From: Bispira polyomma
Taxonomy: Eukaryota
Direction of reading: 5' to 3'
DNA length: 64,000 nt
Assembly: GCA_965649765.1 (NCBI GenBank)
Contig: OZ287752.1
Coordinates: 49,290,001-49,354,000, forward strand
Shown: piece after piece, positions 1 to 14,220 of the stretch
Layout: every line of letters begins with the position of its first letter
Numbering within the stretch: the first letter of the stretch is position 1
The notes under the pieces: model-generated
What the model saw: the letters and a program-made list of their open reading frames with translations, nothing else
Told to the model about the DNA's origin: nothing
Databases searched by the model: none
Position numbers and translations under genes: made by a program

Positions 1-958
1 AAATTTATCAACATTAAAAGTAACCTTCCAAATTGTTGAATCTTCTTAGATGGCTGCAGTTTAGCCATACTATTGTGTTTTTTGACCATTCCATTAATTT
101 AGACTGTATATTTTTGTAGAAGTAGTGGGTTTCACAATATACACAAACATGTACCGGTACTTGTGAAAAATGTGACTAATCTTTCCACAAACATATGGAC
201 ACTCCACCAAAAACTGGCATCTGGCACCACAACATTATTTACACCCCAAAATAAAATAATTTGTCTTTTAAGTAAACTTAGTAGATTGCATACAGTACTT
301 GGAAGTTTAAGCAGCTTTTTCACAGCACTGCGGACCTTGGTGGTAGCATATTAATCATCGACATGAAGGTGGGAACTAATATTGATGTTCAGTTAGAACT
401 ATTCTGAGTAGAATGGTGTAGAGAGTGAACATGAAGAGGACCATAAACAGAACCTTGGACTCAACTGTATGGAAGAGCATATGGTTGGTATAAAAGGAAT
501 TAAGTTGATCAATTCTCTCTTTACTATTGAAGAGATATTATCTTATCCCATTAAGTATAACAAATACATTATTGACAAAATTAAGCCCAGGCCAATAGAT
601 TGGTGGTAGAATGGTAGAAGATGCTACGTCTTTATAATTATAAACCAGGGGTGATTTCGGTTACATGTTTTACTCCGCACTTGTGATAACTTTCTTTCCT
701 GGTACTCTAATATTTGGAAACATTTAAATAAACCCTTAAAAAAAGCAGTCTTTATTTTGTAAAACTTTCTTGAATTAAACAGTTCTCATGGAAAAAGGCT
801 TGACTGTTAATTTACAAATTTGTGTACCACATCCAGGCAAGCTTTTCTGTAAGAGCTAATTTGGCTCATTGCCAGTTCTGTCTGTCTTCTGGCTGTGATA
901 TTTCTCCCTATACCTGATGGAAGTCAATTCTGTATCTAATCATACAATCTACAAGATG

Positions 959-1250
959 TGGTCCTGTGACCCTAGTGGTAAGGAAGTAGGTCTGATAAAT
1001 CAGAAGGTCCCGGGTTTCTACTCAAGTACAGGCCGCTAGTTTCATTGGGATAATATCGTTGTGCAAGATGCGTACACACATTTGCCTAGTGGCTAGGATT
1101 ACCACTTGAAATGGCAGTCCTATTACTGGGTCCTATTCCCAGTGGCAGGTTAATGATCCTTAGCGATTTTAGGGGAATGACACTGACTGATGCAGTGGAC
1201 TGTAAGTTATAGTCTGGAAATGGTTAATTAGCACTCTAAATACCAGATAA
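959..1250 (+). mobile_element. Degenerate tRNA-derived SINE
   Basis: ggtcctgtgaccctagtggtaagg...aggtcccgggtttc tRNA-like head; boundaries approximate. Confidence 0.45.
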
Positions 1251-2099
1251 ACAATATACAGAGTATAAATGTGAATACATATACAAATCTATATGACTGC
1301 GTGGGTTTTTCTTGGTTTAAGTTCCAACTTGGGTCATAATAAAGGTCAGTTTTCAATATTTTATGTCATAATTTAAATTTACAGAGAATTCCATCAAACT
1401 TGCTGCAAGATCAATGGCAAGGTTTTGTATGAACGGGTAGGATTTAAGGCCATGCCTATAACCCTAAAAAGGTCAACTTTCATGTTTTGCTTTACATCTA
1501 TCCTTACTTTACAGCATTAGATTGTGTGGGGACCATGATATAGAAAACCGGGCTCTAAGAGTTTAATGCACTGATCAAAAAGTCAAACTGGGATCATGAA
1601 AGGAGACTTTCCAAACTTTTAAGAGTTCCAGCCAGCAAACCTGCTAGAAGATCTCCATAGGGAAATGTTTCTTATCTGCAGATCTATCAAACAGAGACTG
1701 GTTTGCAGATTTCATATTTTTCAACCGCAAGGAAAGCAACAGTGTATCCTTTCATGCACTCTATTTTTGTAGTTTCTTTAATTTGCTCATTTATTTCTGT
1801 CACAATAGAACATCAATACATGTTTAATAATGAACATAAACAAGTTAGCAAAAACAAAAAATACAACTTTAGCATGCAAATTGAAGAAACTGTTTTAAGA
1901 GATGGTACAAAAACAAACGTAACATTGATTAAATGAAATGAAAAATGAAATAGTACATTTGTTATAGCGCACTTACAGAAACACAGCATCCTTTCAAATG
2001 CGCTTCCTCATGGGCAGCCACTATGGGCCCTGTACCTTTGTTATAAATCCTATTTTACCATAATTAAGCGTCCCTTGAAAAGGGCGTTTATTTGGTTTC

Positions 2100-2910
2100 G
2101 CCCCTAGTTTCCTCATTTTTGACCCAAAGGGTTAATTTTGCTCATAGGTTAACTGTTTAAAAATTTCCAATTTTGGTAGCCATCATGAATTTCTGCATCT
2201 TTTTCCAAAAGGTATGTTATCTTAGAAACGGTGCTAGATAGAACGATTTCGAGCTCATTTTTGACCCACAGGTTAATTTTGCTCAAAGGTAATTTTTTTT
2301 TTTTAAATCCGATTTTGGCGGCCATGTATCGCTAGATAGAGTGATTTTGACCTGCAGGGCTGATTCTGCTTATATGTGAACTTTTATTTATGCAGCCATC
2401 TTGAATTTCTTCATCTTTTTCGAAAAGGTCACAGGGCTTATTCTGCTTATGTCAACGTTCACAAAAATTTTTAACCTTCTACACATCATAATTTTTTCAA
2501 CTTTAGGAACGCTTCGTATTTTTATAAAAACAGTTTTCTAGTTACAATTTTTAGCAGGAATTTTGCATCCATCTCAATTTTTGCAATTTCTCAAAAGCTA
2601 AACATTTGTCTTTTAAAAGACATTCCTTGTTTTCATGACCCTGGTTGATATATGTAGCCACAATAAGCAGTGAGCAGCAAATTGTGGTTACTGTGTTTAA
2701 AATGTTTCAAGAGATTATCAGGACAAACGTAACCTTGATTCAATAATATTTTGCCATAAATACAAATTTGGCAGTAATTTTACATCCCATCTTAAAATTT
2801 GGAAATTTCTCAAAAGCTAAACATTTGTCTTTTTAAAGACACTTATATTTTTATGACCCTGGTTTACATGATATATGTGGCCTTGATAAGCAGTAAATTT
2901 TGGTTATTAG
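2100..2910. repeat. Degenerate internally repetitive element
   Basis: ctcatttttgaccca..ggttaattttgctca recurs (2112, 2255, 2345); an about 220-bp block is duplicated at about 2554 and 2771. Confidence 0.55.
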
Positions 2911-3959
2911 CAGGACCAACTGTGGAAAATATTTAGTGGAACCATGAACTTTTTAATGTGCTCATAAATACCTACTGGCATGTCAAAAGTTTGTATCAAA
3001 ATGTCACATCTGAGGGAAATCTACAGACGGATCGGGCACTTTATGCTACGTTCATTTGTCGAACTCCACGAATAGCCACATAGGTATGTGTAAATGAGAC
3101 CCAAATCATAAGTAGTAAAACTAAGGACCTGGGTTCGATCCCAACCTGGAATTTACCAGGTACATGTAGATACATATTTGCTTGGAGTAACATTCAAAGT
3201 GGCAGTTCTGGTGTATTGGTAAACTAAAGAACTTTTGGGACACTGATAAAGGCCCATCATTACGCCTCTCTAATCAGATATAAAACATAAAAATCATTTC
3301 TATTTTAACAGCAGACTATTGAGTAAATTCCCTCAATTTATTGCACAAGAATAATATTCATAACTCAGAGGAGTACAGTACATAGATCAGTTCAAGATGA
3401 CACTGCTACAGAGGGACTTCAGAGATTCTCTGACAGGAGATATTGATTCAAATAAGCTTTAACAAACCACACAGCAATACATACATTAAATTAAAACTTT
3501 TATATTGTGAATATTTCAGTCTGAAAACATTTTCCTCCAACTATGTTTTATATTCAACAATTAATCCTAGTATCCCAAAAGGTATTAACACAGCTGTAGT
3601 GTAGTGGCTATCGCCTAGCCAAAACTTGATTTTAGTATACTGTTGCAATGTATTTGTTTGATGCTCAGACTTAATGATTCCAAAAAGTGTAGTCTCAGAC
3701 TTAAAATTTTCTATGCTTTCTTATCTGTCTCTTTGTGGCCCAGATTTTCAGACTTGTTCCTTAATGGGATACATTAGTATTTGTTGGGAATTACATAAAA
3801 GATGCTCCTAAGATAAGACAAAACTTATTATTTGACTAAATGAACAGTAACATATGTACACAGACATATTTGTGGGTTAGTCTTGTTTGAAGAAAAGTGT
3901 TAATTGTAAAAAAATTGTAAAAGCTCCAGTCCATTCGAAACTACCTATATGCAGGGTGA

Positions 3960-4440
3960 TTTTTTACCTCGGTGGTCGCTCAGACGTCACCTCAAGAAAC
4001 TACACTGGCTTCCCATACACTCAAATTCACTTCAAAATTCACGTTCTCAGACTCAAGGCTTTAGTCACTCAACAGCCCTCCTACCTCGCTTTCCTTCTCT
4101 CTTATAGTAACCTCAAGAGAGGCAATAGAATCTCTATTTCTTATGTTAGACCCACCAGGAAGGCGGGATCCAGAGCATTCTCCATTGCAGTTCCCTTGTT
4201 ATGGATCAGTCTCCCAGTTGACCTTAGATCATTAGATACACTTGTTGGTTTTAGGAAAAAGCTCAAAACGTATCTTTTTTAACCTTGCCTATCCACCCTA
4301 ATTTCCTCCTGTACACCTCCACATCTTTCCTTATGACCTTGCTATGACCAGGGACCAAACGGCTGGATCACTGATGCTGCTATTGCACTTTAGAAGATGC
4401 CTATCATCAATAAAGCGCATTAAAAATGCATAATAATAAA
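3960..4440 (+). mobile_element. 3' fragment of an L2/CR1-group LINE (frameshifted ORF2 C-terminus plus tail)
   Basis: LKKLHWLP and IHFKI in adjacent frames, then GSRAFSIAVPLLWISLP..FRKKLKTYLF*; ends in a (TAA)n-like tail. Confidence 0.75.
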
Positions 4441-6061
4441 AAACTAGAAAACAAAAACTTGATAACAAAAACAAAGTGTCCCTAAAGTTCAAACAATAAT
4501 GAAGTTGTTTAGTGTACAAGGTTTTAAATTGTCTGAAAAATTGACACATAAGCAGAATCAGCCCTTTTGGTCGAAAATGAGGTTGAAATCGTTCTATCAT
4601 CAAACTTACGCGCTACATGTACTGGTCTAAAATTAAAAATAAATAAAACCCTCGCTCTCTAAAAAAGGTACCCATCAACACTTTTTCTCCCATTTTGTAC
4701 AATTGATCGACCCTGTCAATCAGTCAGTTACCACCTGATTGATCGAAATAAATACAAAAATCTAGGCTTTGGTATTTGCAATGCGTATGCCAAATTTTGT
4801 TGAACTATGACAAGTACTTCAAAAGAAAAATTAATAAAAGTGCAAGATAAAGCAAAATAGAGCAAACTACTCATTTGAAGTAATCAGTACTCAAATACTC
4901 AGTACTCATTGAGTACTGGACTTGGAACTGTGAGATTTTTACATCATACATAAAATCAAAAAGTAAATGAATAACTTGTACTGAGAAAAAGCCGAAATCC
5001 TAATAGTTTCCGAGATAGCAAAAAAGTACTGATTTTTCGTATTTTAATAAAAAATCAATCGCTCGGCAATTAGTCAATTGTCTTCTGATCGATCTTAACT
5101 GTGTCTTCCGTCCAGAAAATTGCCTTACTAATGTACATACCAAATTTCATTGAGCTATGATAAATACTTTCTGGAAAACCTAGTGACATTTAAGTAGGCC
5201 AAAGTTCAAATATAAATTTTTTTCCCACTCCTGGTTAAGAGAACTGTCAAAAATAATTTTGATGCAGATAATATTAACGGAGATATTCAAGGAAGACCAT
5301 GGGGCGGCACAGAAACTAGAGGTAAAACCAAATAAGCACCCTTTTCAATGGACGTTTAATTATTTGTATTAGTAAAATAAGTGTTTGTTGTCCATTACAT
5401 GCACTAATAATGTATAATAGAATTGTAAAGTTATAAATTAGCCTTGGTGTTTTAAACAAAATGTATGTGTATAAATAATGGTAACTGTCGACCAGACACT
5501 TGTCACTGAAATAAATAAAATATAATACATTTTGTGGTATGTGACATGTAGTAAGCGACAAGAATAACTTGTCTAGAAATATGTAATAACTGTTTTGTTG
5601 TAAGCGTAGAAGTATGGTAAATATAGTTTTGTATAGTTTATTAAAAATAAATCTGGATTTAATTTTGAAAAACTTCTTAGGTTTAAAGTGTCCAGCTCAC
5701 AAGTGAAAGTAAACTACACATGGATGATTAAATTTCTCTCAGAAACCTTTAGAATTTATTTTTTTTAGGGAAACTACAAAAGCAATTTTGTCTAGCAAAT
5801 AAATTTGATTGCATAATTTTTGTTATAATTCCTAGTTTAAATGTAATGCAATAAAAAAAATTAGCAGGTATATCTTTAAAATTTTGTTTTTGTAAAAAAA
5901 AATTGACATGTACTTTTAGTATGAATAAAACGTGTCAATTAATGAACATATACATTTTATTTAATTTACAACAAATTCAAATATATACTGTACATGACCA
6001 TTGATGCGTGTCCCCCTAATTACCCCACCTCCAATCTTTAGACCAACAAGTAAGTCAAAGA

Positions 6062-6220
6062 TACAGTGGAACCCTGTTAAATTGAATTTCAGGACCATAA
6101 AATGTGTTCTACTTAACAGGGTAAAGTTTAATTAGAACTATAGCAATGGGACCTTATGTTAACTTCTACTTAACAGATCATTCCACTTGTCAGAGTTCTA
6201 CTTAAAGGGGTTCAACTCTA
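6062..6220. mobile_element. Degenerate Tc1/mariner (Tigger-like) MITE
   Basis: ta-cagtggaaccctgttaa ... ttaaaggggttcaactc-ta; similar termini at about 54510 and 59190. Confidence 0.45.
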
Positions 6221-9200
6221 CATACAAATGTATACATATGAAGTGTAGCAGAATATAGATCTATCAACTGGTGACTGGACCCAATGGGACCATGAACAAG
6301 CTAGTCTAAATAGAAATCACCCATTACTAAACGAACAATGGCTGACAAACCTCTGGATAAAATAGTCTTGTAAAATTGATGTATTATTTTTATTAGAGTG
6401 AGAAAACATATTAATCTGTTGGACTCTTATATCTATACTAATTTTTATCTCAGGATAGACGGAGAGGATGTAGTATGTTTTTAAAGTTGATAACTATAAA
6501 TGTTGGGATTCATTCATTTTTAAACTGTTAGTAATTAGTGTATTACAGTAAGATTACAAAATAAGCCTTAATGAGACTAGAGCTAGAATACTACAGATTT
6601 TGTGAGGGTGTGGTTATTTGAGACCATACAGCTCCTGAATGGTACCTATTTTACAACCACACTGTGTGCTTGAATGGTCATATATGGTATACTTTGCATA
6701 GGGCACTCTAATACAATTATCTTACTTTTTTCCCGACCAACAGATCAACTTTTAAAAGAACAGACTATAGTATCTCTCTGTGTGAAAAGACAAGAATAAT
6801 AAGAGCACATTATCTTATTCGGGTGCGCTTTCATACGACTAGAATTCTATAAGACTTCATTATTATATAGAAAACTAAAGCTTTGGGTGATGCTAGTAAT
6901 CTGTAAAAGGTCTGGGGTAACATTGTGCTTTAGTTTTAGCTCTCATTTAAGACGGTCAATGAGAAATTAGAGTTTTAAAATGAAAAATCTTAAATATTAC
7001 AGTAGTATTAATACTTTGTAATGGGACTAGTTACTGTGTGGTTCAAATAATCAGTAAAGCATCGTAGGTCCACAAGACACAAAACATGTAGGATCCACAG
7101 GAAACGATTTTTTCCGCTATTTTTGGTTCAAAATTCATATTTACCATGTATATTAATGATAGGATTCTATTTAAAACAATGAAAATAACTAACACTATCC
7201 TAACTAAGAATATTCCTTTCATGGTTATTTTTCAACAGGGTCATACTGCAAAGGCAATGGTCAAAATTAGGTCAAACCAGGACACTGTACAGCTGTACCA
7301 TAAATATTTATACTAAACATAAATCTCTATACTATATCTTTCTGAGATATAGTATAGATAAAGGACACACCCAGGAGAGGCTCAAAATGTCAAGGTCAAA
7401 GTTAGGTCAGACCATAACATGCACAACGGTATCCCTCCACATGAAAATGTGTAGCAAATATAAACTTTCTGTGGAACAACAATACCCTAACAGCCATCAA
7501 TATTAGTGTAATAACAATATACTATCACAAATACTGATCAGATTATGTATTATGCAAAATGTTTTGTTATTTTTACATTTTGGACTGACTACCATTCCAT
7601 ATGGTATTTACCGGTATATAATGCTCAATATAACTATAATCAAGCCCTGTAAAATAAACTGAAATAAACCATATATAGATGTGCAAGTGAGTAAGAAAAG
7701 AGTCTTACCATGTTATCCACAAACATTTGTACTTCTGAATTTATTTTTGATTTAGGTTAGTTTGTTCACGCTTTTATATTAAAAAAATACTTCTATGTTC
7801 ATATTTTGTGAATATAAACATATTTAACCATGAAGGAGCACCCTGTTTCAAAGTATGCAACTCTGGTTTAAAACAGTAAAACAAGTCAAGAAAAGTTTTA
7901 GATTTAAGGCCTGGATTATTTTATGCCAAGGATAAAACCTGTTTAGGCTGTTTGTTAATGAACACCATACCAAAACTGGATGTATTATCCCTCCAAATAC
8001 TGAAAATTTTGCAATTTTACAGCAATCCCGAGCCTTAAGCGAGGCTATTAAGACCCATATAGTGTAATTGCAATTTGATCTGTGACAAATCTATGGGAGA
8101 GGCCACACAGAACTGGGAGCTGATCTATAGCAAACAGATCCTCAGAATGTAGCTCAATACTAGCATTACTAATCCATAAAGGCAGACAATTAATAATCAA
8201 AGTCCTGCAGGACATTAACTGAAAAGTGGTTTTATTTGCAATAGATCAACTATTATTGACATACATATAATGCTAGCCTTAATGGTTGAAAAAGCTTTCC
8301 AGTTTTAGATAATGGAATTTATGAATTCTCTCTATAGAGATATTTACTAATTCACAAACTTACTTAATAAATGTAATTATAGCCAGATAAGCTGGAACAG
8401 CCTACAGCTAGCTAGGCTTTCCCTATTCAGAAAAAAAATAATGTTCCCATTCAAGGGATTTTCTTGAATTTCTTTCTCAAATGGAAATCTCCCCTCTATC
8501 TGGAGCTGGACATTTCTGGCTGTCCCTGGCATAATAAGTAGTTCCATGTATGAGAACATTATGGACAGTTTTTTTAAATTTATGTACGCACCCAAACCTC
8601 CCTGTATTGCCCCATAGATGTGTGTAAAGCCTATGACTGTCATACTGAGAAGGGCTGGGGTCAAATCCTTTTAAAATGATTTAAATCCTAATCCATTTGG
8701 TATTATTGCGTAATATTTGCCACATAACCTCCCCTTAAATTCTATTGTACCCACATGTGTGGGTCTGTCCAGCAGTGAGGCTTATTTTATTTATGTATTT
8801 TTGCTTCATTGGATACCTAAAACTATATGCAATTTATATTGCAGCACAGGCATTTTAAAATCAAGCACAAGCACCCACTAATTTAGTTGTTGTATATATG
8901 ATTTACCATGCATATAGGTAAATCTACTCCTGTACCAGATCTGTTTTTTCATAAGCATAAAAATATAATGTTTTAATTACTAGTTGGTGGGATATTCTCT
9001 TAAACTCGCTGAAAGTACTGAACCACCAATCTCCATCTATTGATAAATAGATTTGGCTTTGAATTAATGCATTTAGGAAATTTGCAATTAAGAATTGATT
9101 ATAAAACATGGGTGAAGATTAGGAATTATTTTTTTAATGGGTAGAGCAGTCCAGATGTAAATTATGGTAAACTAAAAAATAAGATGTACTCTTTAAAATT

Positions 9201-9599
9201 CCCAGACAGAAAAAAAAAATGTTCACATAAGTTAGTGTAAAACAAGTAAACAAACTTCTCTTTAATTCAAGTGATTCAATAAATTAACAATTAATATAAC
9301 CATGCAATGACAAGCGCACTGAATATTACTGCAATCTTTTATCTTTGTTTTAGCTACACAGCGAAACCCTATTGTGTAAATAAGCAATCGTATTAGTGTA
9401 TTAGTGATTACTGACAGATAGATTAGGTTGATAGATTATATGTTACATATGGTTGTAAAAGATTTTTTAAAGCATTTTAAAGTCGCATTATTTGTCATTC
9501 CATTGTGCTACGTGTAACGTGTCTTTCGATATTCTTATAAAAACCCACTTCATTCATGGTTTCAAGTTGTATGACTGTCCCACAAAACAGGCTGAGTAC

Positions 9600-10010
9600 A
9601 CATAAGCTTGTTTATACACAACACACATGTTTTAACGCACCTGTGAAAATCGGGCGTTCTTTGTTCAATACCCAGTATGTAAATCAGACTGACAAGTGGA
9701 GACGCCTGGTGAATACTTTGGGAAGTAATCGATTTTTTTCCTCTCACACCAAAGCACATGACTGGCGAGTCAGCGATTTCACCAAAAGGTGGTTTTGCGT
9801 CTCTCCAATTGAAGCGCATTTTCTAACGGATTTATGCTCAAAATTGGACTAAAACCTTTCCTATATTGAGTAAAAGGTACGTATGTCCCCAATGTATATA
9901 TTATATTAGCCCTAAGTATTCGCGTTTTTGAGAAAATGAGTGAAAATGTACCAGACGCGGAAATGGCGCTAAATTATGAAAATGTTGTAGGCGAGGTCAC
10001 GTTGAAATTC
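9600..10010 (+). promoter_or_regulatory. Possible promoter and non-coding first exon of the + strand gene
   Basis: Local CpG enrichment in CpG-poor DNA, donor-like AAG|gtacgt at about 9876, YY1-like AAATGGCG at 9961; an acceptor at 16613 requires an upstream exon. Confidence 0.3.
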
Positions 10011-12202
10011 TGTGCACACAAAGGATTTGCCCAAGTTCACCTTTATTTTCTATTTTCAAGCTAATTTTTCATGCAATTGAGATACAAATTTGGCACCTGA
10101 TGTAAAATTAGCATATCTTGCCCTTTCTTTTTACATATTATGTAAAAAAGTTTCAGTAATCGCAGAAATGGGCAGTTGGGGTTTAATTTCGTCATGACCT
10201 ATTTCGAAAGCACGTGGTCCAATGCTTAAGTGCACACAGTCATGAAATGTCAACAAACTCGTTTGACAGTTTCATGAAAACCCTTCCTTTTATACGTATT
10301 ATAAAAATATATGGGCAGAGGTTTAATAATATATATATGGAAATTGGCACATAGTTGCCTCTTTTTAATGTTAAAATTGTTTCTGCTTGTGGTAATTAGT
10401 AATTAATACACATTTTGGTGTGTTTCAATTCAAAATGTATCTTGTATTTGTACGTACAAGTTTTCGTTTGGGGTATTTTGTTTCGAACTGTGAATGTATT
10501 ACTTTATATTTGTTTCGTGTTTTCGACAGTTGATCTATACCAATTCCTAAAGATCTAATCCCATTAACCTAACATATGGTGAAGATTAGGGTAATTATTA
10601 ACCATTAATTACAACCCCCACCCCCTTCCAAGATGTTGGTTGTTTATTAATGGTATATCCACCAAAATCCCAGTTAAAAAAATAACTTGTCAGTGTACAC
10701 ATTTCATTTTAGGTAAGCCACAAAATATTATTAATATTCAGGGTGACAATAATTGGTATACTGTGCATAAATCCTCCAGCCAAGTAGAATATTTTGGCAT
10801 CAATGGGACAATAGTCAGTCCCTGGAAACAGGGTTAACTAATGAGTCATCCTAGCTAAATCCACCACAAAGTACATGCACATTAAATAATTCAAACAACA
10901 TGCTGTTTATTCTGATACTGTCCTTGCCTTTAAAAACCATTTATACTCTATAAATTCCAAATAATTCACTTGCATTCATTTTTCAAGTGAAGTCAAACTC
11001 TACATGCTTGTGTTAAAATGTTTTGCATAGTTATGTGTATATTATCGCCCATCAAGGTTCACTTGCACAGCTAGTTTTGAAGCAGATTTGACCAAGCACT
11101 TTTTAGACAATAATGAGGTCACATAATTTTTAGAAAAAGTACAGTTGGTTTTTTTTTTTTTTACAATAATCTTCTTATTCCTTTACAATAATCACCGGCA
11201 CTTTAGTTGATTTCAGCAGTTATTATTAAAGAATCTGTATTGTTTACACAACGACATGCGATGCTGGGTGATTTTTTAGCTACCTTGAGCAGAAAAGTTG
11301 CCTGTCAGCGTTGCTCACACTTGGTCTCAATAAGACTGATGGAATTGTTGTCAGCTGATCGCCTCAGAAAATTGCCTGCATGGAAACGATCACTTACTAT
11401 TATTGTACATGTGGTAACACAATATGGGTAGTTTTTTGGGATTTTTTTTGTCAATATTTTAGCAGCAGCAAATTTTTTAAAACTTTAATGATTCACATCT
11501 AAAATAGTTTATAAAAATACAAGATGAGACACATAAACAAAAAAAATTGTTAATATTTAGTTGGAGAACAATTCATGATGATTTTAAGCACTTTTATTGC
11601 TGCACAATATGGGTCATTTTTACATAATCTGATGAATACTATTACTAAGTTTGTCATTCACATGGACCATGAATTTAAATCAGTTCTTTGAAATGAAAAG
11701 AACATTTTAGTTTAAAGTGTCAAACAGAAATAAGTACCAGTTTTAATGTAATAACATTACATTCTGCATAATCAAAATGAGGTATGACATTGTTATGGTA
11801 TTCCCAAGACATGCTGTCAACATATGTGCCTACTGAATAAATATCTAGTGACGTGAAGTAATATGGATAAAACAAATAAACTACCCACAGAATGTCTGAA
11901 CCGTCTTAACCGTAGGCCAATACATTTACAGGATGATCTGCATTATCTTACACTTATGTGATACAGGTCACTATATCAACATGTTCCACACTTCCTGAAG
12001 AAGAGAAACAAAGATTTTCTATTATAATTTAGTTCAGGTTCATCTAAAAAACTGCCATTTAATGATATAAAAATCTATTGAAAGGTGGTGGTGGTGGGGG
12101 GGGGGGCTATAATTAGAAAGGGGACCTCTTTATTACAGAACATGGGGTAGTTAAATCGTAATAGCTTGGTACATACTACATAGTATGGCTTTTTGTTTTG
12201 AA

Positions 12203-12446
12203 TTTGGATATTTAACGTCCACTCTAGTGCCATTTAGTAGGTTATATTGGGACGGGTAGTTGGAAATGCTGGAGGAAACACTGCATACAGTCGGTCAAGG
12301 TTCTGCAGAGAAACCAGCGGCCCACAGTAAGGAACTACCACCTTTCCCACATAGGCATTGACGGGATTCGAACTCACGCCACCCAGAGGTGAGAGACTAG
12401 TGATTGTGAAGCGCAATGCTTGCTAACCACTAGGCCACCGCGGTCC
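12203..12446 (-). mobile_element. tRNA-derived SINE, full-length
   Basis: On - strand: box A TGGCCTAGTGG, box B GTTCGAATCC; probable TSD CTTTTTGT(T/C)TTGA at 12189-12201 and 12449-12461; related copies at 38598 and 52248. Confidence 0.88.
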
Positions 12447-13439
12447 CACTTTTTGTCTTGATATTTTGGCCATTTCATGTAAAATCTATCTACATTATGT
12501 AGCGAACCATATTGTGTCACCCTATGGAGATTCAAATACACCATTACTAAAAACCTGGTGTTTAAATGGTCAGACAAAAGGTCATGGATGTGTTTAGTAG
12601 GATAAGACATTGTACAAAACTACAGATAGTTATACGATTTATAATAAATGCTTTTAAAATGCTTGTGCCTTATTTTTGGCATAATATAAAGTAGTTGTAC
12701 CACATTGGCCCAGTGCTAATGTAAAAAAATCTTTGAAATGTGTAATCATTATTGTATGAAGACAGTTTACATATACATCTTCGTTTTAAATCAAACTAAT
12801 CAATACAGTGTGACATCAGTCAGAAGGAATTTTTACTGGGAATTCACTGACATTTTTTATTGGATCTGATGTTTCAAGAAAATTTCCAGTTTTTTTTTTT
12901 TTTGTTCAGGAGTCCAGGCTGATGAGAATGGATATGTAAAACTTTATGTTGTACTGTGAAGCATTTGTTGAAATGGAAATGCAAGTCATTAGTTTCTTTA
13001 GATAATAGTAATTAATTTGATCATGTGAAACCATCCCTCATTCATTTCAACAAGGTGATGTTGACAATTATTGAGATTCAGCATACTAGTATTAGGTAGC
13101 TAGATGTGTTGATTGAATACATAGCAGTCATTATACCAGCATGTGATATCCAGCAGGACCAGCATATGGTGAAAGCCAGACACCTGAAAACTACAAGATA
13201 ATTTGTTTGATGTGTCAATAACTGAAAACAAGAAGTCTGTCCAATTGAATAAACCCAGAAATGTGCTCACAGAAAAATAAAGGAACCAAAAAGAACGGAG
13301 GAAAAACAAACAACAAAAACATCTTGGGATTTTAAGTTTTTGTAACCTCAACATGGAAATTTAAAAAAAAGTCCTTGTGATTTGTACTCCTGTGACATTG
13401 TAGGGATTAAGTGGATATACATGTATTAAAGGATCACAC

Positions 13440-14220
13440 TAGACCGAGTTCTCTGTCGCCGAAACGGCCGTTTTTTTCTGATTTGCGGCTGTTGGCGACA
13501 GAGTTGCTTACTATAGCAAATCGTTGTAAATGTGAAACGGCATATTTAGGCATACACTTCATTTGTTTTAAATACATGAAATTTTTACTTTAATAAAGGT
13601 TATTAGCCGTTCACCATTTTTATTTAGAAAACGTCACGAGATGTATATTTATTAGTCAATTCGTCTATTTCCGGTATTTTGTCCGCCATTTTAGTTTTGT
13701 AGAATCCATCACATAACGGTCATATAATGTCAAGGACATGTGCAGTGTTGCTTCTTTTACTTACGTGGATTAAATTATTGCTGATTCTAATTAAAATTGG
13801 TTATAATAATTAAAAATATATCATTGGGGATCGTTTGTATTGAATAAATTTTTACGGATCTTATTGTGTCAAATTATTTCATTTGGAAAAACCCCTAGGA
13901 ATCCCACAGGAAGAGATAGTGTGCGCATGCGCCAACAGGTTCTCGCTAGCAAACATGGAGGATAAATTTTCAGAAAGCTTTAATATATCTTGTATAAATT
14001 AAAATATTGATGATCGGCATTTAATAAAGGTTGTTCTACAAAATATAACTATTTATCTTCAGTTGCATACATTTTTTACAAGCCGATTCCTTATTTTAGG
14101 GTGTTATTTCTTAAGTTTTTGTTGCCGTTACACATTTACAACGATTTGCTATAGTAAGGAACTCTGTTGTAGCATACAACAGTAAATAAAAGCATCGTCG
14201 AGGACAGAAAACTCAGTCTA
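13440..14220. mobile_element. Non-autonomous Mutator-like (MULE) MITE, 781 bp
   Basis: TIRs TAGACCGAGTTCTCTGTC / GACAGAAAACTCAGTCTA, extending imperfectly about 110 bp (cttactatagcaaatcgttgtaaatgtg inverted); 9-bp TSD GGATCACAC at 13431-13439 and 14221-14229. Confidence 0.88.

Noticed and set aside
3887-4282. 131-aa ORF as a host gene
   Set aside because: Frameshifted C-terminal remnant of a LINE ORF2.
12360-12446. tRNA gene
   Set aside because: A and B boxes belong to a SINE head with a long body, TSD and several copies; no proper cloverleaf.
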